In this document: positions 60,966 to 64,000 of the stretch, piece by piece | Numbering within the stretch: position 1 is the first letter of the stretch | Layout: each line of letters starts with the position of its first letter | Source: Thermoplasmata archaeon | GTDB lineage: Archaea > Thermoplasmatota > Thermoplasmata > Lutacidiplasmatales > UBA184 | NCBI GenBank assembly: GCA_022749815.1 | Contig: JAKIWV010000001.1 | Coordinates: 452,124 to 516,123, forward strand | Length of the DNA: 64,000 nucleotides | Direction of reading: 5' to 3' | Notes under the pieces: generated by a model | Told to the model about the DNA's origin: nothing | Seen by the model: the letters and a program-made list of their open reading frames with translations, nothing else | Database searches by the model: none | Position numbers and translations under genes: made by a program

Positions 60966-62003
60966 TTATCGAGGCCCGTCGCGCCCCGCCCGTACCGCCC
61001 AACTCTGCGCCCCTTCCGGCGAAAAGGCGAACTCCATCACCCGGCCACCGGAGGCGACGATCGATTTCGCCACGTCCTGTCGCCGGCGGAAATCGCAGAA
61101 CAGCAGAAGATATCCGCCCCCTCCGGCGCCGGTCAGCTTTCCCCCCACGGCGCCGGCGGCTCGGGCCCGGGCGTAGAACCGGTCGATCTTGGGGTTCGAG
61201 ATCCCCTTGGCGAACCGCTTCTTCGCCTCCCACCCCTCGTGGAGAAGGTGCCCCATCTCGTCGAGGTTTCCGGTGAGAAGCTCCTTCTTCATGCTGAGGG
61301 CGAGGCGCTTCGTCTCGTCCAGGGCGTCGACGGTATCGTGCCGGCGTTCGCGGAACGACCGCGTCTGTCGCTCGATGATGTCACCGGAGTACCGGGTGAT
61401 CCCGGTATAGCAGAGCATCAGCCGGTACTCGAGCTCGTTCAGGATCTCGGGGTCGATCCGGAGGGGATTGACCACGGTGGTCGACCCGAGGAATTCGATG
61501 AAGTTGAACCCGCCAAACGCCGCGGCGTATTGGTCCTGCCGGCCGCCTGGGTCGGCGAGGTCGATCCGCTCGATCCGGAACGCGAGCTCGGCGAGCTCAT
61601 AGGTCGTGAGCGGGATCTTCAGGTACCGGGCGAAGAGCGCCACGAGCGCCACGGTCATCGTGGACGAGCTGCCCAACCCCGTCCGCGGGGGGGCATCGGA
61701 GTGAAGGAACACTTCCCAATCGCTGTCGGTCTGGTGGAAGCGTTTCAGAGTCGCCTTGACGAGGTCGAGCTCCCCGTTGTACACGAAATCCTGGGGGGTG
61801 CGATACTCGGCGGCAACGTCGAAATCCAAGGACTGGACCCGGACCCGCCCTTTCCCGGGCCGGGTGGCGAGCGTGGCGTAGGCGAACTTGTCGATCGTGC
61901 AGTTGAGCACGGCGCCTCCCCGCTCCTCTGGAAACGGTGACACATCGGTTCCCCCACCGGCGAAGGAGATCCGGAGGGGAGCCTTGGCGCGGAAAATGTC
62001 CAT
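60966..62003 (-). CDS. GHMP kinase, HddA-like heptose-7-phosphate kinase
   Basis: APLRISFAGGGTD, GLGSSS, GGRQDQYAAAFGG, GKLTGAGGGG. Confidence 0.88.
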   Translation of the reverse strand: MDIFRAKAPLRISFAGGGTDVSPFPEERGGAVLNCTIDKFAYATLATRPGKGRVRVQSLDFDVAAEYRTPQDFVYNGELDLVKATLKRFHQTDSDWEVFLHSDAPPRTGLGSSSTMTVALVALFARYLKIPLTTYELAELAFRIERIDLADPGGRQDQYAAAFGGFNFIEFLGSTTVVNPLRIDPEILNELEYRLMLCYTGITRYSGDIIERQTRSFRERRHDTVDALDETKRLALSMKKELLTGNLDEMGHLLHEGWEAKKRFAKGISNPKIDRFYARARAAGAVGGKLTGAGGGGYLLLFCDFRRRQDVAKSIVASGGRVMEFAFSPEGAQSWAVRAGRDGPR

Positions 62004-62060
62004 CGCGCGTCGGCCGACGACTCCATAGGCTCATAAACGTGCCCCTTCGTGCGGGCGCCG

Positions 62061-62486
62061 ATGCCCTCCCGCTCGCCGAAGCAGACCTTCGACCGGCGGG
62101 TGCGCGATTGGTTCCGGCGGCACCGTTTCGCGGTGGCGATTGTGGTCTTCGCTTCCGGCGTCCTTCTCTCGGTCCTGGCCGCGGGCGACCTGACCCCCCT
62201 CTCGTCCGTCGGACCGTTCCCGACGATCAACGCCGCGACCAACCCGGCGAATGGGGCGAACTACAACCTCGCCTTCCTGATCATCGGCCCGATCGTATCG
62301 ATCATTGGCGCGGTGCTCTTCGGCGGTTACGTGCTTTCTCGGCGACGGTTCGAGCACCTGATGCAGACGAAGAGCAAAGCCGAGTTTCTCCGGAACCTCG
62401 ACTCGATCGAAGAGCTTCTTTGGGATCTGACGCCGAGCGACGAGCAACGGTACCTCGACAAGCGGGCGGAATTCCGGCTTCGTTGA
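62061..62486 (+). CDS. DUF3198-like membrane protein
   Basis: Two TM then RFEHLMQTKSKAEFLRNLDSIEEL. Confidence 0.65.
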   Translation: MPSRSPKQTFDRRVRDWFRRHRFAVAIVVFASGVLLSVLAAGDLTPLSSVGPFPTINAATNPANGANYNLAFLIIGPIVSIIGAVLFGGYVLSRRRFEHLMQTKSKAEFLRNLDSIEELLWDLTPSDEQRYLDKRAEFRLR

Positions 62487-62550
62487 ACCGGGCCGGCCGG
62501 ACCTCTGAATCGGCGCGACTTAAGTACCGCCACCCGGTCCCATCGCTCCG

Positions 62551-63432
62551 ATGGCGACGCCGGTCGCGCGGAGCGGTCCGCACGACTTCGCCTTCCGGAA
62601 GCTCTCGAAGCCGGAGGAGTTCCGGAACGCCGAGGAGCTTCAACGCGAGGCCTGGGGACTCACCGATGAACCTCCGACCTCGGGAACCATCCAGCGGGCG
62701 ATCCAGGACAACGGGGGTCTCGTGTTGGGCGCCTTCGCCGACATCTACCTGGCCGGTCTCACCATCGGATTCCTCGCCTGGGACGGCACCCAACTGTACC
62801 ATTATTCGCACATGACCGCGGTGCGACCGCCGTACCAGAACCACCACGTCGGATTCCGGCTCAAGGCCTTCCAGCGGGAAGAGGTGATGAAGCAGGGGCT
62901 CGCCCTCGCGCGGTGGACCTTCGACCCGCTCCAAAGCAAGAACGCCCGGCTCAATGTGCGGCGGCTTGGCGCGCACCCGGATCAGTACCTCGTGCACTAT
63001 TACGGCACGATGGGCTCCGAGTTGAACCGGGGGATGGAGAGCGACCGGGTCCGGGTGACATGGGAACTCACCGACCCCTCAGTGGAGGCGAGGCTTGCCG
63101 GTCAGCTGCCTAGTTCGGAGCAGGACCTGGCGCGGTGGAAGGGGTCCCAGGCGCTCGTGGAGACCTCGGTGGGCGGGACCGGGCTGCGCGTTCCCACCAC
63201 CGTGAGCGAGCCGTCTCGCCCGACGGCGCATCTCGAGATCCCCTTCGATGTGCAGGCGATCCGGAGCCACGAAACCGCGGCGCTCCGGACCTGGCGTCAT
63301 GCCGTCCGGGACGCCTTTCGGGCCGCGTTTGATATGGGGTACCGGGTCGACGATTTCGCCGTCCTGACCCTCGAACACGAGCGGCGGAGCTTCTACTTCT
63401 TGTCGGCCCCGGCACCCCCCTCGCCGGTGTGA
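62551..63432 (+). CDS. GNAT, putative D-amino-acid N-succinyltransferase
   Basis: HYSHMTAV, LKAFQR, WTFDPLQSKNARLN; adjacent to OSBS/NSAR gene. Confidence 0.8.
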   Translation: MATPVARSGPHDFAFRKLSKPEEFRNAEELQREAWGLTDEPPTSGTIQRAIQDNGGLVLGAFADIYLAGLTIGFLAWDGTQLYHYSHMTAVRPPYQNHHVGFRLKAFQREEVMKQGLALARWTFDPLQSKNARLNVRRLGAHPDQYLVHYYGTMGSELNRGMESDRVRVTWELTDPSVEARLAGQLPSSEQDLARWKGSQALVETSVGGTGLRVPTTVSEPSRPTAHLEIPFDVQAIRSHETAALRTWRHAVRDAFRAAFDMGYRVDDFAVLTLEHERRSFYFLSAPAPPSPV

Positions 63433-63436
63433 GCCC

Positions 63437-64000
63437 ATGGTGGCGGTCCGCCGTGTCCGATTGGACGAGCTCGAGCTTCCCCTGGTCGAGCCGTTCGAGA
63501 CGAGTTTCGGGGTCGAGCGGCGGCGGCGCTTCCTCGTGGTCCAGATCGAGGCCGAGGATGGAGAGACGGGTCTCGGCGAGTGCGTCGCGACGCAGCACCC
63601 GCTGTACTCGAGTGAATCCGTTGCGACGGCGCGGTGGATGATCGAGACCTACCTGCTCCCTCTCCTCTGGAAGGAGGGGGCCCTTCCGCCGGATACCTTC
63701 CGGACGAGGGCCCGGGTCTGGCGGGGCCACCCGATGGCCAAAGGGGCCATCGAGATGGCGCTCTGGGACCTGTGGGCTCGACGGCACCGACAATCGCTGG
63801 CCCGGGCGCTGGGCGGCCGTCGCCGCCGGGTGGAGGTCGGCGTTAGCGTCGGAATCCAATCGGACGTTCCGACCCTCGTCCGACGCGTGGGAGAGTATCT
63901 CGCCGAAGGATATGGCCGGATTAAGGTCAAGGTCCGGCCCGGTTGGGATGAACGGCCCGTCGCGGCGCTCCGGAAGGAGTTCCCGGAGCTCCGACTTTGG
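63437..64000 (+). CDS. menC: o-succinylbenzoate synthase/N-succinylamino acid racemase (partial)
   Basis: LPLVEPFETSFG, GLGECVA, PLYSSE, GHPMAKGAIEMA, GVSVGI, GYGRIKVKV. Confidence 0.88.
   Translation, partial: MVAVRRVRLDELELPLVEPFETSFGVERRRRFLVVQIEAEDGETGLGECVATQHPLYSSESVATARWMIETYLLPLLWKEGALPPDTFRTRARVWRGHPMAKGAIEMALWDLWARRHRQSLARALGGRRRRVEVGVSVGIQSDVPTLVRRVGEYLAEGYGRIKVKVRPGWDERPVAALRKEFPELRLW

Overview
High-GC archaeal chromosome segment, most consistent with Thermoplasmata: ribosomal protein S3Ae, RpoK, stand-alone 5S rRNA, intron-containing tRNA-Met and tRNA-Tyr, non-oxidative pentose phosphate genes, DUF357/translin/MTAP. Core content includes a polar amino-acid ABC transporter, an AAA+/VWA pair, arginine deiminase, a two-ATPase type IV pilus locus, adk-pyrH, rpiA, an MDD-family decarboxylase, nfo, tkt-tkt-tal, trmI and a GNAT-OSBS/NSAR pair. 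An accessory zone (about 13.4-24.1 kb) lies downstream of tRNA-Met. It contains two tandem mini-islands with no integrase gene in the window, bounded by att-like copies of the tRNA 3' end with conserved arms, plus a decayed serine recombinase. Other notable items are a ~290-nt strongly base-paired intergenic RNA candidate (57.27-57.55 kb), a uORF and start-sequestering hairpin before a RIO kinase, an SD-sequestering hairpin with an apparent ATT start for arcA, and a compact BoxB/PaaA-like diiron epoxidase. All calls come from manual motif reading; no database searches were run.
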